Origin: Paraphysomonas bandaiensis
Lineage: Eukaryota; Protista; Chrysophyceae
Assembly: GCA_965644295.1 (NCBI GenBank)
Contig: CBFFRP010000255.1
Coordinates: forward strand, 124,001-188,000
Length of the DNA: 64,000 nt
Direction: 5' to 3'
Both the position numbers and the translations under genes were made by a program. The notes below the pieces were generated by a model. It was not told the DNA's origin and ran no database searches. It was given only the letters and a program-made list of their open reading frames with translations. This document shows, in pieces, positions 1 through 14,084 of this stretch. The first letter of the stretch is position 1; the number at the start of each line of letters is the position of its first letter.

Positions 1-326
1 TATACCGCCGTATACTGTACACTAAACGTGCCTAAATTGTGAGATGACTGCTGTGTACTTTTCAAAAAAACCATCAAAATACTACAAAATCTGGTATTTT
101 TGGAGGTATTGGTTGGAAATAGCTGTAGAGAAGCTCCTCTCATTCAGAACAAGTACAGCAGTATTCTGTATATACTTCGGCCAGACACATGAGTGTGTTC
201 GTATTAAGACATCGAGTGACCACTCCAGCTGGACGTATGCTGTACCGTATTAGTTAACGCAGCATCTACTGCGCCTTATTTAAGTAACGAGCTGATAGTT
301 TCCAAGTGAAGTGGTCTAGTAACAGT

Positions 327-1545
327 ATGTTCACATTCAGTAAATTCCCGAAGCTGGACCCAGTCGATATCGCCCTCATCGTTGACTCGAAGGACTCAGA
401 TGTCGTATCCGCACTATATAATTTAACGACGAGTATACTGTTAATGGACTCGATTGATGGATTGGAGACATCTCGAATGATTCGTGCGATAATATTTGTC
501 GCTGATGCTGCCAGAGAGGCGGACATATCATGGGCACGCAGCTCATTTCCTAAAGCATTTGTGGCAGTCTACAACCCTTCTGCTGCATATAACCCTAATG
601 TCAGACTGATGAATTTTGACGCTGGGGCGAATATGGTTGCACATGATATTGCGAGTCTTGTTACCACACTGTGCAAAGCGGTCCTGTACGCGGGATCAGG
701 TGGCGGATACTATGAATGTCCGTACTGTAATTTCCACTCGTTGACTGAGGATGAGCTTCGTAGTCACTTGCCTGCGTATCATATTAACTGGCCACACAAT
801 CGGGGAGCTGTTAGATGCCCTATATGTCGGGAGACTGTACGCAAGCCTTTACAGGTTCATATCCATGACGATCACGGTCCTGCTGCTCGTCGTCGACGTG
901 GTGCTCCCATGCGGGAGCATTCCAAAATACGATTCTATGGTTTTGGCCTAGTTGTTTGTCGGCACCCAAGTACAGGGGCTTATCTTCTCTGCCAAGAGTT
1001 TGCCAATCAGGGTTTTTGGGTGCCTGGGGGGGCAGTGGATGCAGGCGAAACCTTTGTCGCTGCTGCTACTCGAGAGACTTTAGAGGAGGCAGGCATCAAT
1101 ATCGAGGTCAAGGGTATATTGTCCATAGATCACAGTCCACAGTGCGACGGAGATGGTACAGTTAGCATAGTACTCTTCATTGATAGCTGTGGTGCTGTAT
1201 GTCACACTGGATGTGCTAGCTGAATTAATTCGTAGTTAATAAAGCTCATGGCTTTATACTTCAGATTACTACGCGAAGATGAGAGTGATATTCTACGCGG
1301 AGCCCATCGATGCCTCACAGGTTCCGAAGAGTATACCTGATTTCGAGTCAGCCGGGGCATGCTGGTGCTCGTATCAGCAGATTATGTCTGGGCTGAAGCT
1401 ACGCGGCTCCGAGCCGAAGCAGTGGGCGAGGTAATTATATATCTCACGAGTGCCTTACCACGAGTGTAGCTTATGTATTCTATGCAGCTATTTGGAAAAT
1501 GGCGGTCAAATATTTCCGCTTTCATTGCTGAAAGAAAGAAGTTAG
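327..1545 (+). CDS. Nudix hydrolase with Di19-like C2H2 zinc fingers and an N-terminal receiver-like region (3 exons)
   Basis: Nudix box GGAVDAGETFVAAATRETLEEAG; CPYC..H..H and CPIC..H..H fingers; two GT-AG introns (~1160-1264 and ~1431-1487) extend the frame to ...LSLLKERS-TAG at 1545. Confidence 0.8.
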
Positions 1546-2358
1546 TCCACATACCTTGCGCCTGCATTCGTCGTCCACATCCAGCATAAAAGTGATAGTG
1601 TATTTTGAAATTTATGGAGCGCTTCCAAGTACTGCATGGAAAATAAATTTCTTGACAAGTGCTTTATAAAACACTGCTGTCTATTAGTTACTACTCTTTG
1701 AAATCTGTAAAATAAATTTATGAATTTTAATTTCATGTAAATGTTGGTTGCTAGCTTGATTCATAAAATCCGTGATAATCTCGCGTTGTACAGTTGTACA
1801 GGAAGCGTGAGGTTGAATACTTGATATCTCAAAGTATTTTTACTTCACTATTTTCTTTTTAACTTAAAATATTTATGCTATTTGATTTCATGATATATGT
1901 TATTGTGATTGCTCTTACGTTTCCCAGAAATGTAGTTGACGCTCTTTTTTTTGGTGTTATATTGTGATGGTGTATCAATGGTAAATTCATAATATAAAGA
2001 ACTCAATCTTGTGATCAGGGTTTCGTAGATATCTATAGATTAATTGTGCCTGGTGATGTGGCCTGTGACCTGTGAGTACCTACGGAATATTAAGATAAGA
2101 TTCTGTTCTTGGTTAGTTTAAACTTACTTCAGTCTAAGAAATGGGAAAAATACTTATTGAATTAAAGGCTAATTAATTGACAATAATTTATTTTTAGACA
2201 AACTTGCTTACTAGGTCAGTTCTTAGCCTCTGCTGAGACCATATTACCAAATTTCGATATGTCTAACATCAATATTTATGCCAATGAACGACTTTTACAA
2301 TTACATTAGACACGAAAAACATTGTACTAAAGAGAAAACATATATAGAGGAACAAACT

Positions 2359-5300
2359 CTATAGGACAAACCCGAACAGCTTTTTCAGTTCTGAAGTATT
2401 ATCATTGCTAAATATGTCATCCGGAAAGTGTGCCATACTAGCCAAGCGAGATTTACCAGTTACCTGCAAACGACATAAAATACACAACGAACATGAGAAG
2501 AGTAACAACCTTCTGTATTGATAAGAGTGAGGGGTCCCACACACTGAGGAACTTGTGAACTGCATGCAGCAGCTGTACCCCCTGTTGCTCTGTAGAGAAA
2601 GATTCACTGCCTATAATCATGCTATCATGACGCTTAGAGGACGACCTAAACACACTACGCTTCCAGGAAGGGGCCTTTCTACCCGCATCCACAAGAGAGC
2701 ATCTTGAAGACGAATTAAGATGACCAGATTGTTTGATCCAACAGAGCTCCGACATGGCAGCTCGAAAGAAGTCCAGTCCAGGAAGTGCAACTGGAGAGAG
2801 CCCTGGCCGCCACTGACCCTTAACTTTCGTACAAAGCATCATTGCATCCGACACGCGTCCGTGAGCCAGCATCCAACGCACGACCGAAGTCTTTTCTTGC
2901 AGTCTCCACAACATGTCAATGCCTGCCTGTTGCATGGCTGCTATGGCATGTTTCCACTCCCGTTCCATTCCATCTCTACCCACCATATTGTGATACAGAG
3001 GAGGAAAGTGCTGTTTTGAATCCGTCATGTTTTCCTCCAATGAATCAGCGATATCTAATATTGTCATGCTCAATTCTGGGGAATCTGTTAGGAATTGAAG
3101 CTGTACAGTGTGGGCGATGTCCAGAAACCGCCTCTGGAATGACATTAAGTTGACGAGTAATAGAGAGAGCGACACATTCACCGCTACATGGAACGTTCTG
3201 AGCGTAGAGATGTAAAACATCAAGTTCCATGTGAGCTCCTCAGTAGAGATGGTGGAGTTACAAGTGGACACGCTCCCACTACAGTCTCCAGAATCCACGG
3301 ACGCTATCCCGTGAGTGCGCCTTAGGGATTCCGTCTCAACAGCTTTGAGAGCTAGAGGTAGGAAGACATAGCTAAGTACCTCGGTCTGTGTGCACACTAA
3401 GTAGGACTGCTCGTTGCGTTCTACTGTGATTGGTGGCGGAGCAGACATTGGACCAGCCGGCCGGGATGACAAATCAGAGTGTTCTGAGAACGTTCTTGCA
3501 CCAATAGATGATATATCAGGAAAAAATACGTGTACAGCAAGGCTAGGCTCCAGAGGTTGAACAGCCTGATCCTGCACATACGGGGTATGAATGCCAATTC
3601 CTGCATCACCAGTACTCTGAAGCTGTGTCACCTCATTCATCCTGGACGCATGCGCCGCCGCTATCATTTGTGAGTTTACGCTGACTCGGCGATTTGGTTC
3701 TCCCGAAGTCGAAGAATGTAAAAAAAGTTGATGCTGTTGACCTGGAGTATGATTTATAGGTGAACTCTTTCCATCGAGGTTTACAGATCGTGTCAGTAGC
3801 TGAGATTCTGTGGAGGCACGTTTTACTCGAATCATATCCTTCCCACACTCTTCGTTAGACGAGCGCGAAAATGCACTCAAAAAACTATTGAGTCTCTTGT
3901 TATGCTGGGTAACAGGCGTAGAAGAATCAGCAACAGGGGGTACGCTGGAGTCCATTCCCTCTTCCACGCACTCTGCTGTCTCCTGTCGTGTTCCACTTCC
4001 CCGCTTCTCTGCATCAGTTCCACCACTATCGATACCAGAAAATCTTCGGCTATTCCGTCCCCCTCCATCCCCCTCCGGACGCATATGCGTATTCCGATTA
4101 TGGTACTCAAGAGCGTAGTTCTTACACAAATCCTCGAAAAGAGTCTCCAGCCACGTACTAGGAAGTGATTCCTCTTGTAGAGCGCCTTTCATACGTCGCA
4201 GCAGTTGCTTCTTCGCTTCAAAGCCGTCCTCATAGTCGGAGTAGAACGCTGGTCGAGGAGCTACCACAGGATTGCCGCGCATCGATAGAAATGCAACTGT
4301 GCGTCGAGGATCATGCAAACTAATAACAATCGACGGAAGGTGACACTTAACCTTCCACAGTCTTTTCCCGTGGGGATCCCACACCCAGTATGGGGATAAA
4401 ACCTGCCAATGCCCAGCATACGGCTCCAAAGCGTGACGTGCGCACGACCCTGTGTGTGTTGGGGTCGATAAGCTCCGGGGTGAATGTGGCCGCTTAACAT
4501 GGTTTTGTATGCCTCCATCGACATCCGCGCTGGTGATGGACACGTCCGATGGACGGGATTCCATTCTTCTTGAGTGTCTGATGCCAGAGCTGGTGCCGGT
4601 AATGCTTCCCCCAGCGGATGAAGCAACAGAGGCGAGACGGGACCGGGGAAATTGCACTCCTCCATCCATATCTACGGGTGCATCTCCTCCCACCCCAACA
4701 GCATCAGACCACTCTTCCACAGGATGGGACTGTGACTGAGTTACACTCGCTGACGACCCCGTTCTTGGTAACCCAGGTGGTGTACTCACATCAAATGGGT
4801 CTATAGGCACAGATGGAGGAGTTGATGACGGAGGCGGCAGAGACTCAGTCCGGCGGCGTTCAAAACTCCGTCCACTGTCTGGCCGTATGTCACTATCATC
4901 AACTGTAAGAGTGCATGCACCACAGCAGTAGTCCACACGTTTCTCACTAACCACTCGGGAGAGAGATATATCGAATAGAAAAGACATATTCGACTGCAGA
5001 CAATGGCAACACAAAAGATTATCTGTCACCGAAAGTTTAACACTACTCGATACGTAGAGCGGAAAGGTATGAGTCTTTTCGACTTTGCTTCTTGACAGGT
5101 GGTACAGTGACAAGACATCGCCTCCCTCTTCACTGTAATGCACAGCACAATAGAGCTGTCCGTACAACGTTACCATTTTCACATCATCTGGACCAGCCTT
5201 GCCATCTAAGGTAAACGAAGGCATTTTATCGGGAGCTGGGAGCTCCAAGCGCGGCATATCTGACATATCAAATCGCAGGAAAAAGCCATTGAGTTCTAGA

Positions 5301-5836
5301 CTGTATGAGTTGGTGGTTACACCCACCAGAATGACTCGAAAATTTGGCTCAAACCAAAAGAAGTGGGTTTTAATACTCATATATCGAGAAAGCTTGCATT
5401 GCCCTCGTGCAAGGGAAACTTTATACAATTCAAGACCTCTTGTGGTGACAATAACCAAGTCTTGTGAATTTCCGCCATGATCGCTCCAAATCAGTCCATT
5501 CGGAAGTATCTCATTACCGCTGAAATATTTTATGTCAATTTTCCACTTTTTTCGGTGCACTGTATCAATAACAAATACAGAAGTCTTAGTATACTGAATA
5601 GCGAGCAGCTGGGCGTCCACTGATACTTTGGCGAGTAGTATCTGAGGAGGCCATGATGAGTCCGAGTAGAATATAGAGGGGCCCGCCTCCACACTACACG
5701 GTGACCAGAAGTAGAACTCACCATCCCTGAATAGAAGCATTTGCTGTCGAGCGACATCGAACCAGGAGTACTTCCATGCTCCTCCCAAGACCAGTGGGTC
5801 TGTAAGATGCAGAAAACTTTTGGCCTGATGAGACAT
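2359..5836 (-). CDS. RMC1/Mic1 (C18orf8)-like regulator of the MON1-CCZ1 complex
   Basis: 1127-aa ORF with a propeller-like N-terminus (FDVARQQM, VTDNLLCCH) and a Mic1-like C-terminal segment (YISTL...LQFLTDS.EL); a short intron near 2463-2510 joins the last exon ending LFGFVL at 2359. Confidence 0.65.
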
Positions 5837-6277
5837 AAGATGCTCCCTCTATCAGCCTATAAGCACACTGCCACGCCTCCTGATTGGACCACTAGATGCA
5901 TCGCTTAGACCGCTTGACAGTGAGAGTACAGGTAGAGGATATGGAAAGGTGTGTCTCTGGGTAGGGTAAGTCTCTGTAATTGTGAGTGAAGTTGATGTAT
6001 TGTCACAGCACAGCACACAGATATGCTCCATATGCTGCATGTATACAACTGTACTGCTGTACTGCTGTACATGCACTATATACAGGTATACGTATACAGG
6101 TACACAGCAGTCATGTACACTTATTTTGAATACTGTGTACCTGTACTGCTGTATAGCACTGTATAGCACTGTATAGCACTGTACCAGTATACGCAGCACA
6201 GTACATACACACACACACACAGCTGTCTTAACACACATATTCCACAGGAACTTGTGAAACCTCCGTCAACTCTCACG

Positions 6278-7961
6278 ATGAGGAGGTGCCTATTCTTCAC
6301 AGTGTCATTGCTCGCTGTGCTGCTAGTGCAGTCAGACACCACATCGTTCCTTGAGCGCCAGAGACAGCTGGCTGAAGAGCAGTGGCAGCGAGAGCTCCAG
6401 TCACAGTCACAGTCACAGGAGATGATAGACGAACACACAGATCATACGTCTGATACAGAGCAATCATCTGACAGTTATGAGTATTATGTTTATTACTATG
6501 AAGATGAAGATGAGCCTGCTGCTCCTGCAGTCGATATTCCTGTACGGAAGGAGAGGATCAGAGGGTTCAAGAAGAACGTTGGCTCCGGCATACACAAGAC
6601 AACAGTGCCGTTCTCTATGGATCAACTAGTAAAGGACGCTATAGCAGCAACTAAATGTGTGAAACGTGGAGAGAGTGTTAGCCAGAATAATGTCCCTGCT
6701 GTGGTAAGCAAGTGCAGCGTCTGTATGTGTTTGTGTTCGTGATGAGAGTGTGTAGAAACCGAAACCGCAACCACAATCCGCAAGTAAGAGTGCCACATCC
6801 TCAAGATCAAACTATAAGCAACGACAGGAGGAAAAACGCAAGGAGAAGGAGGAGCAGGCTGTGAAGAAAGCTGCTTTGGTTGTTGATGATGGGGCAGTTG
6901 TGGGGGCAGACTGCGAGTCGCAGGTGTGCGGAGCTTGCAAGATCATCGTTGAAGAATTCGGTTAGATGTACCACTGTAGTGCATTGCTGGTGTGTGATTG
7001 GTGTATAGGTCGAACTGTGTTCGAGGCTATTGACAACCAAGACGTGGAATACATATACGACCTTGCAGAAGGCTTCTGTGAGGGCAAGGACATAGCTCTT
7101 CGATACCATCCTTTAGTTGGGAATTTCTGCAGTCGACTGCTGAATGTACTCTCACTGCACTTTCCTTTATCTTCCTGATATATAACGCCTGTCACAGGAT
7201 ATTGATGGCTATCGAGATATGTTCGTACGACCCTTCGAGGCAGATGAGCAGTGGGATGATGTGATGAGTCCGGTAAAGTCTTTACCGAAGAAGAAAAAGG
7301 TGGGTGTACTGCACTGAGCTGGCAGTGAATGACGGAGTTGTACAGATATGTCTTGCGGCAGGCATGTGTGATAGGTCGCAGTTCGAGTTCGATAGGACAG
7401 CTAATGCACTCAATGCAGATGATAGGTGACCACCAAGTCTGTATGTAAACAAGTAATTTGTTGACACTATCCACAGGACAGACACCTGCTATGTGTGTCA
7501 CGCGCTAGCAAATGACCTCGAGGTAAATGCTAGCTTATTATCTGCAAATAGTTTTAAGTAGCCTTTGCAGGAGCGCGTCAGTCTCACAAAAAAAATTACG
7601 GAGGGGCTTGCAGTGGACATGGTCAAACAGACCTGTGGACATATGGTGGGAGGAAAATTCATATACGACTGTGGTAATGTTCTTTGTAGGAGTTTTCTCC
7701 TTCATTGGCAAAGGAGTGCCAATCAATGACTACAGGAGCACTTCTAGGTGGAATCACTTCTGTAATATTTATTTGTGCGATGGTAATTATTTGTCAGATG
7801 AAATTGCATGGATAGTGAAGCTGCATGCGGAAGCGCTGTCACGAAAAGAGAAGAGCAAGCAGGCTTTTGCTGATAAATTGTGTGAAGAGGTTAAGCTTTG
7901 TGAAAAGCCTATCGATCCAAGTGCTGTGAAGGAGGAAGAAGTTGAGGCAGTTTTCTGGTGA
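6278..7961 (+). CDS. secreted protein with two saposin-like (SapB/Canopy-type) domains, multi-exon
   Basis: Signal peptide MRRCLFFTVSLLAVLL; CGACKIIVEE, CYVCHALANDLE and KLCEEVKLC cysteine patterns across spliced exons. Confidence 0.55.
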
Positions 7962-8184
7962 AGAAGTTTTCGGTCCATGTTGTTTGTTTTTTGAAATTGT
8001 GGTTGAAATGCAAGTACGCATTCCTGAGTTGCTGTTATATGTGTACATTTGATAGGTTCTAGTATCGATTGTCACGTTTATTCACTGCGATATTATACGA
8101 TATACGAAGTACACGTTTGTATATGGGGTGCTACTTGGATTTTGTCCTGCGTGACAGTCGTAAGGAACAGGGCTGCGTAACAAT

Positions 8185-8411
8185 TAATTGCAATTTAATT
8201 GCATATGTTTTTTTGCAATTAAATTGCAATTATTAGTTATAGCTCGCGCAACTATAATTGCTATTTAATTGTGCCAATTATTGTCTAATTAACTTACTTA
8301 CAATTTAATTGCAAAAAAACATATGCAATTAAATTGCAATTATTAGTTATAGCTCGCGCAACTATAATTGCTATTTAATTGTGCCAATTATTGTCTAATT
8401 AACTTACTTAC
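8185..8411. repeat. AT-rich compound repeat: 88-bp direct duplication plus 42-bp perfect inverted repeat
   Basis: 8214-8301 is identical to 8324-8411; 8185-8226 is the reverse complement of 8301-8342. Confidence 0.9.
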
Positions 8412-9047
8412 GTATCGGCATCCTTTGTTTATTTTTGTTCAAAGATGCCTTTAATATTGAGACAATAATTGTCTGTATTCCAGCCGTAGTTGTATTGCAG
8501 CAATATAGATGATATTTGCTTCAATTTATTTCCGAAAAATAAGATGCTGACTGCCGATACGTTACTCCTTGCAAACACGTATAGCATCTTCAACCGTATG
8601 ATGATATAATTGACGGAGTATGATATTTACATATGGTCAAAACTCTAAATATCCAGGTTTTCGTCTGCAAAACACAGTAAAAAGCCCTAATAATCCATAT
8701 CCATACCGCTGCACGTCCAGTTCGTAGTGAATTTCAATCCTGCAGTGTCCTGTAAGGCATCCAGGATCGGAAGAACATGATTGCCACACTACATATAGAT
8801 ATATATCTTCAAATAGAGGGGTATTGAGCATTACATATACACTATGGATCGAGCTGAACTAAGTTTTGTAACTCAAAATCAAGAGGAGCTTAAATACTGT
8901 CCCAGATTAGTACCTACAATTTCTTTTAAAATTACCGCGTATTATTATATTATTATCACTCAGCACTACAACAATTATACTTAGTACGATGAGCAATATC
9001 CAAATGGCCATACAAATTAGATACGAATATGATAACGCCAAATATAG

Positions 9048-12000
9048 TTACGAATGACCATTCTGGTCGTCACTCATGATTGAAAGTTCACGTAAAAGTG
9101 GAACGGTCTTGTCGGATATTGAGGCCCTAAATCGACGCAACTGGGCTCTCGAAGCTTCAAGTTCTTCAAGACGTCGGCCATTCAACTCCTCCATTTCCGA
9201 CAAAGACATCATTACTGTATTTAGCTCCTCTTGCTTGGCATCGAGCGCCCGCTTCAGCTCCTCATTTTCTCGTTGCATGGACTCTAAATCGCACTGCATC
9301 TGAGCAAGAGATTCAGCCGCCGCGCTTCGTTCCGCCTCAATCTGCTCCAACAGCATTGCCTTCTCTTGATGAGCTTCTTCGATCCGTGACTGAAGTTGTG
9401 CCAGTTGAGACACAGCAGAGGAATCCCGTGCACTGCTGCTCTCTCTCTCGGTTCGAAGTTCTTCTTCGAGCTTAGAGCAGCGTTGAGTAGAATCGAGATA
9501 CATCTGCTTTATCTTATCCGCGTCTTCAATTCCGCTGCTACTGCGGCGCATTTTACTCTGCCCGAAACTATCAGAATACCGACTGTTTCGCACAGGCTCC
9601 GGGAATTGAGAGTAGAGTTGCATCTGCGCAAACTGCAGTTGTCCAGCCATCATCGCCATTTCCTGCTGCATGTCCAGCACTGTGCGCTGAAGATCGTCTT
9701 CTCGCCTCGCAGCTTCAACTAACTCCTGCGCATAGTCAGCTACCTCACTCCGCGCTGCCGCCATTTCCTTATGATATCTTATTGCTAGTGCTTTGTCAGC
9801 TTTTTTGCTTTTGGGGGAGAGAGCCTTTAACTCTTGCAGACGTTGCTGGGTATTTTCTAACTGAATATGTGCATCAGAGAGCTCATTTTGAAATGATCGC
9901 AGCAGTTTTTCCCTATTTTTTCTCTCCATCTCAAACCTTTCTAAATCATCCTTATGTTGAGCCTTTAAACGATCCAAGTCGGCCACCGCATCATCTGCTG
10001 CTTTTTTCGCCCGCTGTGCCTCGTCGGTTTTACTGGTCACGGCTTTCTCCAGTTTTGCAACCTTGCTACTGAGCTCCTTCATGTGCTTCGTATTGTCGTC
10101 CACAGTTTTCTGGAGAGCAGACTTGTCAGCGTTTGACTTTTTGAGGTCTGCTTGACATTCAGATAATTCACGTTCTACAGCATCCAAAGCTGTTTCCATT
10201 TCACTGGCAGCTGACATTAGTCCGTCAATCTCATCCTTACTACGCCATTTGATTTTCTCTATTTGATCCTCTAAGAGCTTGATTCGCTCCTTGTCAGGTC
10301 GGCGTGACTCCTATTATATCGTCTTATTAACAACAATAAGTGTACGACACACGAATACTACCTCCAAAACCTCGTGCTCTTTCTCCAGTTTATCAAATTT
10401 TTCTCGAACAGTTGACAAACACTCTTCAAGATCCCTCTCTGCAGCGCAAGCACGCAAGTAGTCTTTTAACTGCTCACGTAAGGCGGCCAGTTCCTTTCGT
10501 GCGGCATCTGAGTCTTTGGTCGACATATCATACAGCTTCGCAAGCTCGTTACTCTTTTTCTCAAGCTCGCGAATAGAAGCTTCCTTCTTTGTAACCGCTT
10601 CTTGTGCCTCTACAAGGTCCCGCTTCAGCTTCGCCATTTCTTTTGTCGCCTTTTCGAGGTTGCGGATAGTTTCTTCTTTCTGGCTTATGCTGTCTAAAGC
10701 TGACGCGAGGTCATCTCGCAGTCGCGAAACCTCCGTACTCTTTCCTTCAATGTGCCTAGAGGTGGAGCGGTTCAGCTCGGTATGCAACTTCGATAGTTTG
10801 TTGTGTGTTCCTTCAAGATCGCGGATTGTGGCATCCTTGCGGGCGATAGTCTCTAGAGCCTCGGCAAGGTCACCGCGCAGCTTTGGCAAGTCTTTAACTT
10901 TCCCTTCTGCATCCCGTACAGCTGCATCCTTTCTCTCACTTGCGGTGGTTAGCTCTACGACCTCCGCTCGAAGACGAGATATTTCAGCTGCATTGCTCTC
11001 AATGCTGCGGGCAGAAGATTCTTTGAGTTCAGTGTACTGTTTACTCAGAGTGGCAGCTTTATCCTCCAAATATTGAATTGTAGCGTCTTTTTGAGGGGCA
11101 CTTTCTGTTGCCTTGCCCAACTCCACTCGCAACGCTGCTATGGTCGAGTTCTTTTCCTCTAATTCCTTCGCTGAATCCTCCTTTAGATCACCATACAGCT
11201 TAGTGAGCTTGCTAACATTATCCTCTAGTCCCCGAATAGTGGTATCCTTCTTAAATAGTGTCACCAATGCATCATTAAGTTCATCATGGAGCTGCGACAA
11301 CTCAATACTTGTCGCAGAACTATTTTCCTTCGAAACCCGATCTAACGACTTAGTCAGCTCACCATGCAACTTTGAAAGCTTATCGTGATTTTCTTGCAAA
11401 GTGCGGATAGTGTTATCTCGCCGGGCTACACTCTCGAGGGCCGATGCCAGCTCTACACGCAGATTTGCTGCCTCATCTGCTGCGCCCTGCCCAGGAGAGG
11501 GCGGGTTCGCCTTTTGCTTGAGCAGGGAATTGTAACGCTCTTCCAAGCTCACTATCACCGCTTCTTTCTTCTTGACTACTTCCTCAGCAGCCGCAAGTTC
11601 ATCCTGGAGCTTAGCAATTTCTGCCCGCTTTCCCTCCACGTCTCGATTAGTGGCTTTCATCATATTAGAGAAATCTTTCGATAGTTTAGTGTTCGCCTCT
11701 TGTAGTTCCCCTAAAGATGCCTCCTGCTGCGAAATCTGTTCCAGAGCACAAGCGAGGTCTTCACGGAGCTTAATTGCGTCGACAGCATCTGCACTGTCTT
11801 TGGCGGTCAGCTGAGGCTTAGCAGCGCCAGCACCGACACCCTACAGTACAAATGTATGTCAAATGTGCCCCATTCGTAGCTGGGACCGTAAACAACTCAC
11901 CTCATTGTCAACAGTCTCAGACGTCGTTCCTCCGTCGGACAGTCCCTCAGATGTTGCCAGAACCTTGTCCTTAGCAGCAAGAGCCTCTTGCGCCTCCAAC

Positions 12001-13635
12001 AGCTCAGCCTTCAAACGCTTCACTTCTTCATCAACCGCAACTATCCCCAGGGATTGAGGATCATTGAGAGTCCCTGACACCTTGTCTTTGAGTGCTGCAA
12101 CCTGTTCTTCCAGTTCCTCCCTTATGTTCTTCTCCCTGGCAGCAGAGAGTTCTGCTGCCACTCCAGCTGCGTCCACTATCTCGGTCAGCTCTGTAATCTT
12201 GCGTGCCAATACCTCCTTTTCCTCCTGCACTGCTGACATCGCTTCCTCCAATTCATCTATGTGGTTATCTGACACCACTAGCTCGTCATTTAACTCCGAT
12301 ATTCTGAAAAATAGTACCCACAGTTCAGTCATGTATACAACAAAGCGACGATGTCGAGCGTACCGATTATTGCATGTCTCTAACTCGCTCCTAAGGGATA
12401 TATTTTGATCGTTGAGGACTTCCACCTCTCCTTGAACCCTGTTCAGCTCCATCCCAAGGGTTTCATTTTCTGTGCGTAGTACAGTGAGTTCGTGCATAAT
12501 ATCTGGAGTCTCTGTGGAAACAAGAGCTCTAAGTGTCGTGTCAACGACTCCACCCAACTCAGCTGCTCGCCTGAACATAATATCACAACATGATCTGTTC
12601 TCAACGTAGCGGAAAATACCTGTGGGCGGCAATCTTCAATGACCTGCGCTGATTAGCAAACTCCAGTCGCTGTTTCTGAAGCTCCTTGAACTCTCGGGAA
12701 CACTCTTCGTACTGCGCACTCTCTACCACGCGTACCCGACGGGTTACTCTCCCGCTACCGTCTAACAGTTGAATACGGACGTCATAGAAATCAATAGAAA
12801 GGACTTTGTACCTTTATTGTGCATGCAGTCCCATTTGAGAGTGAAACTCATGCTCTCTTTTGCCTCTAGCATACCTGTCATTGGATATACTTCCGAAGTC
12901 CTGTATCGTTTAAACGGCAGCTAGAAAAACAATAATTTAACAGTAAATGCCAAATATAACCCGGCTACTCTACCTTCTCATTCCCGCCAGCGAGTATGGA
13001 AAAGCCAACATCATTCCCATCCGAGTGGAATCTCCACAACAAGAGCTGACCGGGGGTTGCGGTCATGGTCTCTTCCTCAAGCGGCTTCACCGAGCTCGTA
13101 ACAGCAGGGGTGTTTCGCTACATGAGAGCGATAATCGTTACACACTAAGAAGTAAAACATATCAATTTACCAGAATAAAAGATATTTCGTCGAAACTTTC
13201 CGTGCTATAGGTGCTGGGACCATTGTCACTTTGCTCTCCATCAAGAAACCACATCAGCGCAGGGGATGTTACAACTGATTCAATGGAAATAATATTGCGC
13301 ATATATGTCAGTAAATCATGCTTTTTGTTTTCAATGCGCTCCGTATTATTCGGATCTATTTTAAGAGACACAGTGCCCAAGTTGGGAAACAAAGGAGCAG
13401 AATCATCCCCGCCTTCAAAAAGTGACTGTAACTTTGTTTTAGCCTCCAGTGGCAGCGAAGGGATGGATGTTTTGGGAAAATCTTTTTCCAGTTTGCAGTG
13501 AAACTCAACAAAATCGACATAATTTCTATCAACTGAAAAAGAAACCGACTCACAAGCCACTTTTATCGAGAATAGATGGTCTTCGTACTGATCACCATCC
13601 CCACTCTGACTGTGGGTGATATCTGTTATGTCCAT
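9048..13635 (-). CDS. PX domain + GOLD-like domain + very long coiled-coil protein (multi-exon)
   Basis: PX motif VDRNYVDFVEFHCKLEKDFPKTSIPSLP; next exons give LLWRFHSDGNDVGFSI..G..LKWD (GOLD-like); ORFs 11859-12632, 10314-11663 and 9048-10217 are heptad-rich and separated by short intron-like gaps. Confidence 0.7.
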
Positions 13636-14084
13636 ATCACGAGATAGAGAGGAGAGATAGAGATACAGGAACTAATAACTTCCCCTTAATGTCAATTAGC
13701 GAGCATATCATTCGTGATACAGTGCACTCACAGGGCCTCAATATTTTATGTATTTTTTACACAAAGAGCCTGCAAATTATTTCGTTTTTTTATACTCTTT
13801 ACATGTTTATGTAGGGAAGGAAAATTTTCAAAGCTGGAAAATTTCAGAAATGGTGTGCTGCAAACAAGATGTTTAAAAAACAAGATGGTAGATTGTAGTT
13901 TGTGGAATACAGAATACATAAAGTACATAAGGAGAGAAACAAAACTGAAAAGTGTCTGTTCAAGCTATTCATCTGATGAGTGTTTTGGTGGTGGCTCTCT
14001 ATACGAGAAGAGGTAGTCATACAGTACTAATCTTGGAATTGTTAAGGCTGCAATATATATTAATCAACATCATATAAGAGGAAG

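Noticed and set aside
5852-6438. Cys/Tyr/Val-rich ORFs (also at 30018-30690, 56121-56503 and 59846-60326)
   Set aside because: By-products of low-complexity purine-pyrimidine upstream tracts
10516-12408. Long Ser-rich plus-strand ORFs
   Set aside because: Antisense shadows of the Glu/Lys-rich coiled-coil gene
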